Below, piece by piece: positions 12,008 through 20,417 of a stretch of DNA of 64,000 nt. The stretch comes from Actinomycetota bacterium. Lineage in GTDB: Bacteria > Actinomycetota > Thermoleophilia > Solirubrobacterales > 70-9. Numbering within the stretch: the stretch's first letter is position 1; each line of letters starts with the position of its first letter. The position numbers and the translations under genes are program-made. The stretch is taken from assembly GCA_005885405.1 (NCBI GenBank), contig VAYN01000005.1, positions 9,819 through 73,818 of the forward strand, given 5' to 3'. The notes under the pieces were generated by a model, which saw only the letters and a list, made by a program, of their open reading frames with translations, was not told the origin of the DNA and ran no database searches.

Positions 12008-12565
12008 CTAGGGCAGAACGAGCCCGCCGAGGCCACCCGGCAGCAGTTCTTCGATGATGTCGTCGGCCGGGCCGAGGAAGCTGTCGACATCGCCGAGGAA
12101 ACCCTGCGCGTTGTTGATGATTTCGATCGCCTGTTCGAGCGGGATCTGCTGGACAGCCTCCCGTAGCGGGCCCGCGATCAGCGGGCTCAGTGCCCCCGCT
12201 TCTTCGGCATCGTCGACAGCACGAACAAGACCGGCGCGGATCGCCTTCGCCAGCTTTTCGTCGTCGATGTCGTAGCGCTCTTCGAAGCGTTCGCGAGCCT
12301 CGGGAGTGGCCAGGGCCCGGGCCAGCGTCTCCCGCGAGACGCCGAGCTGACAGGCGGCGCCGTCGAGGGCGGAGATGGTGAACTGATTTGCGATCTGGCC
12401 GAGGTTGTGGGGATCGCTCCACTCCCGCGGCTGGCAGGGGTCCTGAACCTTCTCCGGCTCATACGAGGAGCCGCCGGCGGCCAGATAGGCGCCGACGAGG
12501 ACGAGCGAGGCGACGATCGCGCCGACGATGAGGACGGTGCCGCTGAGCCGCCCCTGCCCGCTCAA
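12008..12565 (-). CDS. hypothetical membrane-anchored protein (one N-terminal TM, acidic helical ectodomain)
   Basis: 185 aa with a TTG start that overlaps the stop of the upstream MFS reading frame (TTGA). TM segment is VLIVGAIVASLVLVGAYLAA. I recognise no family. Confidence 0.55.
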   Translation of the reverse strand: MSGQGRLSGTVLIVGAIVASLVLVGAYLAAGGSSYEPEKVQDPCQPREWSDPHNLGQIANQFTISALDGAACQLGVSRETLARALATPEARERFEERYDIDDEKLAKAIRAGLVRAVDDAEEAGALSPLIAGPLREAVQQIPLEQAIEIINNAQGFLGDVDSFLGPADDIIEELLPGGLGGLVLP

Positions 12566-13880
12566 AGGTCAACCCTCCGCGAGAGCGCGATCGGGAAGAG
12601 AGCGATCAGCCCGAGCAGGGCGGCGAGGATGAACGAGGTGCTGAAAGCATGGGTGGCGCCGCGGTCGAGCTGATCCTGCAGTTCGCCCTGCAGCTGTTCG
12701 ACTTCGGACCGCTCGCCTGGGTCGCTCGGCTTCGGCTCGAAGGCCGGTCCGATCGTCGGCACTTTGCCGCGCTCGTCGTCCAGTCGTTCGCTCACCTTTT
12801 CCGCCAGGTCGAGCTTCAGCAGCGGGTTGACCGAGGAATCGAGAATGACCGCGGTGCCGGCGTTGATCGCGTCGTGGCGCTGCTCTTCGATGTCGGCGGT
12901 GAAGATCGGCGTCAGCACCAGCAGGCCGATCACGACGCCGGCGTGGCGGGAGGAGATCGTCCAACCACCGTGGATCGCCTGTGGCGCCCTCCCCCCCAGC
13001 GCCGTCTCGGTCAGCGCCGAGAGCACCAGCGCCAGCCCGATCCCGACCAGGATCTGCGGCGGTACCGTCAGCGCGATCGTCGCCTTCGGCAGGAAGGCGA
13101 GCCCGGCAAGCCCGCCGGAGACGAGGATGGCCCCCGCCGCCGCTCGCGAGCGCGCATCGGGGACGAGCTCGGCGAGCTTGCGGCTGAGAACCGCCGCTAG
13201 CGGCATCACCGAGACGACGAGGGCAGCTTCGATCGGGCTCAGGCGCCAGCCTTCGATCAGCAGCAGCACGAGCAGGAAAAGCGCGGCGGCGATCGCCGCC
13301 GAGACCATCGCCAGGGCGAGGTTCGCCCAGAGGTGCGGCCGCCCGGTCTGGCGCACCTCCCCCTCAATGATCCCGGTCGCCATCTCGTCCTTGGCGACGG
13401 CGAAGATCGGCACCGCGGCGACCAGCGCCACCGGCACCTGGAGGAGGAAGACCGACTGCCAGGAGACGAGCTCGGTAAGGAAGCCGCCGAGCGCGGGTCC
13501 GAGGGCGGCCCCGGTGGCGCCGGCGCTGGCCCAGACCGCCGCCGCCCGGCGCTCTGAGCCGACCGTCGCCGGCAGCAACTCCAGCGCCGCCGTCACCGCC
13601 AGGGCGCCGCCGAGCGCCTGCACGCAGCGGGCGACGATCAGGGGAGCCCGACCGCGGCCGAGCGCCCGGGCCCGACCCGTCGCGCCAGCAACGCCGCCGG
13701 CACCGCCGCCAGCGCGATCACGAGGTTGAAGGAGACGAGGACCCAGGTGACACCGGAGACGCTCGTGTCCAGTTCCCGGTAGATCTCGGGCAGGGCGAGG
13801 ACGACGATCGAGGAGTCGGCGAGGACGAGGCCGACCGCGAGCGCGAGGGCGGCGACGCGGGGCCTAGGGGATTGAGGCAT
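12562..13880 (-). pseudogene. MFS (DHA2/EmrB-like) transporter with interrupted reading frame
   Basis: The N-terminal 80-aa ORF (13638..13880; LADSSIVVLALPEIYRELDTSVSGVTWVLVSFNL covers TM1-2) and the 353-aa ORF (12562..13623; begins at the TM4 motif LIVARCVQALGGA) are in different frames. The segment expected for TM3 is missing. Confidence 0.7.
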
Positions 13881-14442
13881 AGCCCAGCTCCGATGCGTAC
13901 TCGTGGCGGTACTCGTCCCGCTTCTCGAGCACCTCTTCGACGTAGGCGCGGGTTTCCGGGAAGGGGATCTCCTCGACCGTGAGGCCCGACCCGCCCCACT
14001 CGTCGGCGTTGCCCGGCCCAGCGTTGTAGGCGGCCAGCGCCGCCGCCTCGTCGCCGTCGTAGCGCTCCAGCAGTTCCCGCAGGAGGAAAGTTCCGTAGCG
14101 GATGTTCAGGTCGGAGAGCTCAAAGGTCGTCCCCCCGCTCTGCCGCTCGATGTATTCGGCCGCCTCCGGCGTGATCTGCATCAACCCGCGCGCCCCCGCG
14201 CTCGACGTCTGGTCGCTGAACTTGGACTCGGAGTAGATCACGGCGGCGATCAGGGCGGCGTCGACTCCCTTCTCGTCGGCCTGCTGGCGGATCACGTCCT
14301 CGTGGCGCAGCGGCAGCGTCAGCTCCTGCAGAGCGTCGTCGAAGGCGCCGCTGGCGACGAGGGCGCCGGCCAGGACCCCGAGCAGCACCGCGGCGGTGCC
14401 GACGGCGAAGATCTTGCGGCGGCGGCGCACCTTCCGGGTCAT
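13864..14442 (-). CDS. membrane-anchored lytic transglycosylase (SLT domain)
   Basis: SLT catalytic region ESKFSDQTSSAGARGLMQITPEAAEYI...AYNAGPGN, with an N-terminal TM. Confidence 0.85.
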   Translation of the reverse strand: MTRKVRRRRKIFAVGTAAVLLGVLAGALVASGAFDDALQELTLPLRHEDVIRQQADEKGVDAALIAAVIYSESKFSDQTSSAGARGLMQITPEAAEYIERQSGGTTFELSDLNIRYGTFLLRELLERYDGDEAAALAAYNAGPGNADEWGGSGLTVEEIPFPETRAYVEEVLEKRDEYRHEYASELGYASIP

Positions 14443-14983
14443 CGCGGCAGCTTTGCGAGCAGCGCGGACAGCGCCCGCTCCAGGTCCTCCACCGAGCCGT
14501 CGTTCTCGACCACATGCTCCGCCCGCTCCGCCTTCTCGGCCTGGGGCAGCTGGCGCGCCTCGCGCTCGTCGACCAGCGCGTGCCCGCGGGCCGCGGCCCG
14601 TTCGCGGCGAACCTCGTCGGCGTTCCGACCTCGAACATCAGCGGCACCTCAACCACGGCGACCTCGGTCTCCTCCGGCAGCGAGAGCAACCATTCCGCGG
14701 TCCGCTCCCGCACCAGCGGGTGGATCTGGGACTCAAGCCAGGTCAACTCCTCGGGGTCGGCGAAGACGACCTCACCGATCTTCGCCCGGTCGACGGCCCC
14801 GTCCGAGACGACCTCGGGCCCCCAGCGATCGGCCAGCCGCCCCCGCAGCGGTTCGCCTTCGAGCAGTTCGTGGACGACCGCGTCGCTGGAGAGCGTCGCC
14901 GCCCCGAGGCGCGCGAACGCCTTCAGTGCCTCCGACTTCCCGGCGGCGATACCACCGGTGAGGCCGATCTTCAGCGGCGCCAT
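14439..14983 (-). CDS. coaE: dephospho-CoA kinase, reading frame disrupted near 14620
   Basis: The N-terminal part (P-loop GLTGGIAAGKS ... VVEVPLMFEVG) is in one frame. The C-terminal part (ADEVRRERAAARGHALVDEREARQLPQAEKAERAEHVVENDGSVEDLERALSALLAKLPR) is in another frame and ends at TGA 14439..14441, which overlaps the next ATG. The 287-aa track ORF continues as an Arg/Pro-rich nonsense tail. Confidence 0.8.
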
Positions 14984-14992
14984 CGGCGCCGC

Positions 14993-16528
14993 TCAGCCTT
15001 GGTCCGACTCGCCCGTCTGCGCGTCGTCGCCCGAGGAATCCTCGCCGGAGGCCTCGTCGACATCGTCCGGAGAATCAGGACGGTCCTGCACCGATTCGCC
15101 CTCCTGATGCTCGCCCGGGTCCTCCTCGGTGGTCCCGTTCTCCTCGGCGACCGGGGCGGGATCAGCCTCCTCGGAAGCCTCGACCTCGGTCGGCAGATCG
15201 CCGGGAGCCTCTTCGGAAGGAGCCTCCTCGGCGGGAACTTCCTCCGCCGGGGCTTCGGCGGCCGGGGTCGCGTTTGCGAACGCGTCCGCCATCTGGCCGG
15301 TGGGGGGAGCCACATCCTCCGCCGGAGCCTCGGTCGTCCCCTCGTCCTGGGTGCCTTCGGCCTGCGCGATCTGCTCGCCCAGCCCCGCCATCGCCATGTT
15401 CTGGCCCTCGACCCGCTTGATGCTGAGCGAGAGGCGGCGGCGCTCTTCGTCGATCTCGAGAATCTTCACGTTCAGCTTCGAGCCAGGCTCGACGACTTCG
15501 CTCGGGTTCTCAACGTGGTGGTCGGCGAGCTCGGAGATGTGGACCAGGCCCTCGACCCCGGGAAGAATTTCGACAAAGGCGCCAAAGGCGACGACCTTGG
15601 TCACGGTGCCCTCGAGCACGTCGCCGGAGCGGTGGGTGCTGATCACCCGCTGCCATGGGTCCTCCTGGGTCTGCTTCAGACCGAGGGAGATCCGCTGGCG
15701 GTCGCGGTCGATGTCGAGGACTTTGATCCGCACGTCGTCGCCGATCGAGACGACTTCGGAGGGATGGTTGACGTGGCTCCAGGAAAGCTCTGAGATGTGG
15801 ATCAGACCGTCGATCCCGTCGAGATCGACGAAGGCGCCGAAGTCGACGATGTTGGAGATCTTGCCCTCGACGACCTGGCCCGGCTCGAGGCGGCCGAGGA
15901 TCTGCTCGCGGACCTCTTTGCGCTCCTCCTCCAGCACTGCGCGGCGCGAGAGGACGACGTTGTTGCGGCTGCGGTTGAGCTCGATGACTTTGCACTCGAG
16001 CGTCTGGCCGGTGAACTCCTCGAGGTTGTGGACGCGGCGGATGTCGACCAGCGAGGCCGGCAGGAAGCCGCGGACGCCGAGGTCGAGGATGAGCCCGCCC
16101 TTGACGACCTCGATGACGCTGCCTTCGACCGGTTCGCCGGAATCGGCGGCGACCTCGATTTTGCGCCAGGCCTTCTCGAAGCGGGCGCGCTTCTTGGAGA
16201 GGATCAGGCGGCCCTCGGAGTCCTCCTTGGTGAGGACCAGGGCGTCGATCTCCTCGCCCAGCTCGACCTCTTCGTGCGGGTCGACCGACTTGCGGATCGA
16301 AAGCTCGTTAGAGGGAATAACGCCCTCGGCCTTGTAGCCGATGTCGACCAGGACCTCGTCTTTGTCGATCCGGACGACTTTGCCTTTGACGACGTCGCCC
16401 TCCTCGAACGACACCATCGTCGCCGCGTAATTCGGGACGATCTTGCCGTCGATGTTGAGGAGGAGCCCCCCAGAACCCTCGACGGGGGTGGCGCTGGGTG
16501 CAGGCGTCATGGTCTCGGTCGCGGACAC
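14993..16528 (-). CDS. rpsA: 30S ribosomal protein S1 with long acidic C-terminal tail
   Basis: 511 aa with four S1 (OB-fold) repeats (GxVxxIxxFGAFVDL pattern), followed by about 130 Glu/Asp/Pro/Ala-rich residues. Confidence 0.95.
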   Translation of the reverse strand: MSATETMTPAPSATPVEGSGGLLLNIDGKIVPNYAATMVSFEEGDVVKGKVVRIDKDEVLVDIGYKAEGVIPSNELSIRKSVDPHEEVELGEEIDALVLTKEDSEGRLILSKKRARFEKAWRKIEVAADSGEPVEGSVIEVVKGGLILDLGVRGFLPASLVDIRRVHNLEEFTGQTLECKVIELNRSRNNVVLSRRAVLEEERKEVREQILGRLEPGQVVEGKISNIVDFGAFVDLDGIDGLIHISELSWSHVNHPSEVVSIGDDVRIKVLDIDRDRQRISLGLKQTQEDPWQRVISTHRSGDVLEGTVTKVVAFGAFVEILPGVEGLVHISELADHHVENPSEVVEPGSKLNVKILEIDEERRRLSLSIKRVEGQNMAMAGLGEQIAQAEGTQDEGTTEAPAEDVAPPTGQMADAFANATPAAEAPAEEVPAEEAPSEEAPGDLPTEVEASEEADPAPVAEENGTTEEDPGEHQEGESVQDRPDSPDDVDEASGEDSSGDDAQTGESDQG

Positions 16529-16536
16529 GGGCGCGA

Positions 16537-17763
16537 ATGATGGCAGAATCCGCCGCGATGCCGGTCCGAGCCACCAAGCGCGGCGACGAACGCACGCCCC
16601 TGGGCGGCGACCGAGACGTCCTCATCTGCGGGGCGAGCTTCGCCGGGCTCGCGGTTGCACGCGAGTTGGCCGGCTCTGGAGCTGACGTTCTCATCGTCGA
16701 CCGCTACGAGATCGGCGAGCGCCAGACCTCTGCCTGCGGAATCCCGACCGAGTGGTTGCAGCGGCTGGGGCTGATGGCCGCCGAGCGCCAGCGCTTCGAC
16801 ACGCTGGTCATGCACACCCCCCACGGGACCAGCCGCTACCGGCTCCCCTGGACCTTCTCGACCTTCGACTACCGCGAGCTCTGCCAGCTGCTCTGGCGCG
16901 ACTGCGACGCCAGCTTCGAGACCGCGAAGGTGAACGGGCGAGCGGCACCGGCAAACGGTGACGGCCGGATCGCGGTTGAGACCGATCGCGGCACGATCTC
17001 GGCGCCGCTGGTCGTCGACGCGCTCGGCTGGCGCCGGATGCTGGCCAACGGCGACGGCTACCAGCCGCCCGACGCGCCACTCTCGCGCGGCCTCGAGGTC
17101 CACCCCGGCGGCGAGTCCGAGGACCTGGCGATCTGGATCGACCGCAAATACGTCCCCGCCGGCTACGGCTGGTCCTTCCCGGCAAAGGACGAGCTGCGGA
17201 TCGGGATCGGCTCCTTCGACCCCCGCTTCCACGTCAAGAAGACGACGGTTGAGTTGACCCAAGACCTCGGCAAGGAGCCGAACGAGTACCAGGGCAACTG
17301 GATTCCCCACAAGCTCCGCCGCGGCACCGAGGGCGGGGTCTTCTTCGTCGGCGACTCGGCCGGGCACTGCCTGCCCCTCAGCGCCGAGGGAATCAGGACC
17401 GCGCTCTACTTTGGGATGGCGCTGGGACAGGAGCTCCGCGGGGTCGTCGAGGGGCGACAGACCCGCGAGCAGGGGGCCGCGAGCTACGCCTCCTTCCACG
17501 ACTCCCACGAGTGGAAGTTCAAGTGGATGCTGCGGGTGCAGAAGCTGGTGCCGCGGGTGCCGCCGCGGATCCTGGCGCCGTTGCTCCGGCTGATGGGGAC
17601 GAAGCGCTTCGTCGACTGGTCCTTCAATCACTACCTGCGGATCGCCCCGCCCGAGTACGCCGGCTCGAAATGGGCCGACGGCTCAGCGCACGACCAGGAC
17701 GGTCCCGGCCAGGAGCAGGACGACGCCGAGGACGCGACTGGCGCTGAGCGGAGTCTGGTCTAG
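16537..17763 (+). CDS. FAD-dependent oxidoreductase (geranylgeranyl-reductase-like family)
   Basis: Dinucleotide-binding motif DVLICGASFAGLAVARELAGSGADVLIVDR and the downstream motif GDSAGHCLPLSAEGI. The start is uncertain (16498, 16537 or 16558). I chose 16537 because 16498 overlaps the divergent rpsA start. Confidence 0.75.
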   Translation: MMAESAAMPVRATKRGDERTPLGGDRDVLICGASFAGLAVARELAGSGADVLIVDRYEIGERQTSACGIPTEWLQRLGLMAAERQRFDTLVMHTPHGTSRYRLPWTFSTFDYRELCQLLWRDCDASFETAKVNGRAAPANGDGRIAVETDRGTISAPLVVDALGWRRMLANGDGYQPPDAPLSRGLEVHPGGESEDLAIWIDRKYVPAGYGWSFPAKDELRIGIGSFDPRFHVKKTTVELTQDLGKEPNEYQGNWIPHKLRRGTEGGVFFVGDSAGHCLPLSAEGIRTALYFGMALGQELRGVVEGRQTREQGAASYASFHDSHEWKFKWMLRVQKLVPRVPPRILAPLLRLMGTKRFVDWSFNHYLRIAPPEYAGSKWADGSAHDQDGPGQEQDDAEDATGAERSLV

Positions 17764-18120
17764 GCCGAAGAGGCCGAAGCGGTCGATCACGACCGACGCG
17801 GTTAGCTGCCCGAAGACGGTCGCCGCGGCGACGCCGCCGGCGCCGATCACACTGACGGCGATCAGGGCGTTGAGGACGTAGATCGCGCCGAGGAAGCCTC
17901 CGAGCAGGTAGTACCAGCTGACGTCGAAGGTCGAGGAGAGGCCGCCGGCCTTGCCGCTGAGGACGACGACCGCGGCCAGGGCCAGGGTCCCGACCGAGAA
18001 GGAGACGAGGGCGGCGGCCATGCTGCCGGTCGACTTGCCGAGCCCGGCGTTGATCGGCGCCTGGGCGGCGATCAGGCCGCCGGCGACCGCGGTGAGGGCG
18101 ACCGCCAAGCCTCTATCCAT
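17683..18120 (-). CDS. small DMT-superfamily membrane protein (YdcZ/DUF606-like)
   Basis: 145 aa with 4-5 TM segments; LIAAQAPINAGLGKSTGS is typical of the YdcZ family. It overlaps the convergent oxidoreductase gene by 81 nt. Confidence 0.7.
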   Translation of the reverse strand: MDRGLAVALTAVAGGLIAAQAPINAGLGKSTGSMAAALVSFSVGTLALAAVVVLSGKAGGLSSTFDVSWYYLLGGFLGAIYVLNALIAVSVIGAGGVAAATVFGQLTASVVIDRFGLFGLDQTPLSASRVLGVVLLLAGTVLVVR

Positions 18121-18244
18121 GGGTTTCTTCCTCTCGCCGCGTGATCTTCGTCGTGGACATGTGTTGGTCGATTAGTGCGGGGTTTGAACCTCCCCGCTCT
18201 CTTATCAGTAACGCAGTCAGACCAACCAGCCGAAGCAACTTCAG

Positions 18245-19591
18245 ATGCCGCCACCGCCAGCAGAGCTTTTCCCTACCCGGGCCCTCCTCGGTCCGGCGCT
18301 ACGGGCGCAGCCGGACCGCCGCCTGGTCGACCTCGTCCGCGACGGCTATGACGCGGCCTTCGAGGAGATCGTGCGGCGCTACCGGCGGCCGCTGGACCGC
18401 TTCGCCGCGGCGATCGTCGGCGGCCGCTCCGAGGACGTCACCCAGGACGCCTTCTCGAAGGCGCTGCTGGCCCTGCGCGGCTCCGAGGCGGAGATCGAGC
18501 TGCGACCGTGGCTTTACCGGATCGTCCGCAACACGGCGCTCAACGACCTCCGCGACCGCGGTGCGGCGACCGAGGAGCTGGCGGAGACGCTGCCGGGAGG
18601 CCGCAGCGCCGCCGCCGAGGTCGAGGCGCGGGAGGAGCTGCGGGAGCTGATGGCACGGCTGCAGGCGCTGCCGGAGCCGCAGCGGGCGGCGCTGGTGATG
18701 CGCGAGCTGGAAGGGCTGAGCCACGAGGAGATCGCGGCTGCCCTCGGAGTCAGCGGCGGCGCGGCGCGACAGGCGATCTTCAGGGCGCGGGCGGCGCTGC
18801 GGGAGGGCTTCGGGTTGCTGGTGCCGATGCCGGTACTGCGGGCGCTGGCCGAGCACGGCGGCGAAATGGCCGGTGCGGGCGCTGCCGCGGGCGCCATCAA
18901 GGTCGGGCTGGCGACCGTGTTGGTAGCGGGGACGGTTGGGGCGGGCGTCGCAATCGAGCACCGGGGCGGCGAGCGCGCAGGCCCCGAAGCCGCCGAGGCG
19001 GCGAGGTTTCCTCGCGATGGACAGCCGCGGGGGACCTCTCGGTCAACCGTCGCGGGCTCGCCTGACATCACCTCTGATCGGCAGCGAGGCGAGGGACCAG
19101 AGGACCACGGCGGGAATCGCGGCGAGGGAGGAGACGACGGTCCCTCGTCCGTCGACGACGGCAACCGCAGCGGCTCCGACGACGGGAGCCATCACTCGGG
19201 CGGGAGATCCGGCCCCTCTGGCGACGACGACGGCGGCCACGGCGGGTCTGGCTCCGATTCCGGCTCGATCGACAACTCCGGGCCGGGGAGTCGCGGGAGC
19301 GACGACGGCGGCGACGACCACAGCGGTCCCGGCTCGTCGGGGTCCGATGACGGCGGCCTCGACGACCACAGCGGCTCCTCCGGGGACGACGGTGGGTCAA
19401 GCTCCGGCCCTGGAAGCGGAGATGACGGAAGCAGCAGCGGCTCGGGCTCGAGCGGCGATGAGGTCATCACCGAGCCGACCACCGCTCCCATCGTCGTGGA
19501 CGACGGCGGCGACAGCTCCGATTCCGGCGGAGAGAGCTCCGGCTCGGGTTCCGATGACGACTCCGTGATCTTGGACGCCCCCTCGGGTTGA
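18245..19591 (+). CDS. ECF (sigma-70 group IV) sigma factor fused to a TM segment and an Asp/Gly/Ser-rich C-terminal tail
   Basis: Region 2 is PWLYRIVRNTALNDLRDR. Region 4 is LPEPQRAALVMRELEGLSHEEIAAALGVSGGAARQAIFRARAAL. A hydrophobic segment AGAAAGAIKVGLATVLVAGTVGAGVAI follows, then about 215 low-complexity residues. Confidence 0.85.
   Translation: MPPPPAELFPTRALLGPALRAQPDRRLVDLVRDGYDAAFEEIVRRYRRPLDRFAAAIVGGRSEDVTQDAFSKALLALRGSEAEIELRPWLYRIVRNTALNDLRDRGAATEELAETLPGGRSAAAEVEAREELRELMARLQALPEPQRAALVMRELEGLSHEEIAAALGVSGGAARQAIFRARAALREGFGLLVPMPVLRALAEHGGEMAGAGAAAGAIKVGLATVLVAGTVGAGVAIEHRGGERAGPEAAEAARFPRDGQPRGTSRSTVAGSPDITSDRQRGEGPEDHGGNRGEGGDDGPSSVDDGNRSGSDDGSHHSGGRSGPSGDDDGGHGGSGSDSGSIDNSGPGSRGSDDGGDDHSGPGSSGSDDGGLDDHSGSSGDDGGSSSGPGSGDDGSSSGSGSSGDEVITEPTTAPIVVDDGGDSSDSGGESSGSGSDDDSVILDAPSG
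19100..19560 (+). repeat. imperfect in-frame tandem reiterations (GAC/GGC/AGC-rich) encoding S/G-D-D-G-G and DNSGPGS units
   Basis: The translation contains repeated SGPGS.GSDDGG.DDHSG units. The same DNSGPG unit recurs in the next gene at about 20200..20240. Confidence 0.5.
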
Positions 19592-19629
19592 AGCGGCAAC
19601 CAGTTTCACCCGAATCTAGGAGGAATGGC

Positions 19630-20403
19630 ATGACCCCGAAGCAATCACGGCGACCCCGCCTCGGCATGACCTGGCTCGCGCTGGCGCTGGGAGCGCTCGC
19701 GCTCCTGGCCATGCCCGGCCTGGCCGCTGCCAAGGACCGCAACCACGACCGCATCCCGGACCGCTGGGAGAAGCGCCACAAACTCTCGCTCGACGTCAAC
19801 CAGGCGCGTCACGACCAGGACCGCGACCACCTGCGCAACCGCGCCGAGTTCCTCGCCGGTGATGACCCGCGCGACCACGACAGCGATGACGACGGCATCA
19901 TCGACGGCGAGGAGCAGGCCGGGACGATCTCGTCCTTCGACGCCGAAACCGGTCGCCTGGTGATCGACCTCTTCGGCTCCGACACGGTTGCCGGCTTCGT
20001 CACCGACGCGACCGAGATCAAGTGCGAGGACGAGCACCCCTCCACCGCCACGGCCAGCAGCGAGGGCTCGGGCAGCGGCGAGGAAGAGGCAGGCGACGAC
20101 AACGGCGGCCGGGGCGAGGAAGAGCCCAGTGACGACCACGGTGACGACGGCGTCGAGGTCGGTGACGACAACGGCGGCGACCGTGATGAGGGCGACGACA
20201 ACTCCGGGCCGAGCGACAACTCGGGCCCGGGCAGCGAGAACTCCGGTCCCGGCCACGAGGGCGACGACGACCGCGATCGCCTCTGCACTACCGCGGAGCT
20301 GGTCCCGGGCGCAGCCGTCGAGGAGGCCGAGCTGGAGATTCGAAACGGCAAAGCCGTCTTCGAGGAGGTCGAGCTGTCAGGGAGGGGCCTCAGCAACAGC
20401 TAG
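19630..20403 (+). CDS. secreted acidic protein with thrombospondin-type-3-like calcium-binding repeats
   Basis: AGGAGG lies 8 nt before the ATG at 19630. The signal peptide has an RR n-region (QSRRPRLGMTWLALALGALALLAMPGLAAA-KD). DxDxDxxxD/E motifs are present (NHDRIPDRWE, DQDRDHLRNRAEF, DSDDDGIIDGEE). A TTG start at 19588 overlapping the sigma stop is also possible. Confidence 0.65.
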   Translation: MTPKQSRRPRLGMTWLALALGALALLAMPGLAAAKDRNHDRIPDRWEKRHKLSLDVNQARHDQDRDHLRNRAEFLAGDDPRDHDSDDDGIIDGEEQAGTISSFDAETGRLVIDLFGSDTVAGFVTDATEIKCEDEHPSTATASSEGSGSGEEEAGDDNGGRGEEEPSDDHGDDGVEVGDDNGGDRDEGDDNSGPSDNSGPGSENSGPGHEGDDDRDRLCTTAELVPGAAVEEAELEIRNGKAVFEEVELSGRGLSNS

Positions 20404-20417
20404 GCCAGGCCGGTCGA

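Noticed and set aside
14620-14650. A 7-mer, cgttccg, at the coaE lesion that also occurs at the edge of family-B elements. This suggested an excision footprint.
   Set aside because: It is too short to distinguish from chance, and no other element-derived sequence is present at the junction.
18178-18206. A T-arm-like hairpin (gcgggg-tttgaacc-tccccgc) that suggested a tRNA or tRNA fragment in the 124-nt intergenic region.
   Set aside because: No acceptor, D or anticodon arms can be built around it, and the region is too short and too irregular for a tRNA. It is more likely part of the sigma-factor promoter or of the terminator for the convergent membrane-protein gene.
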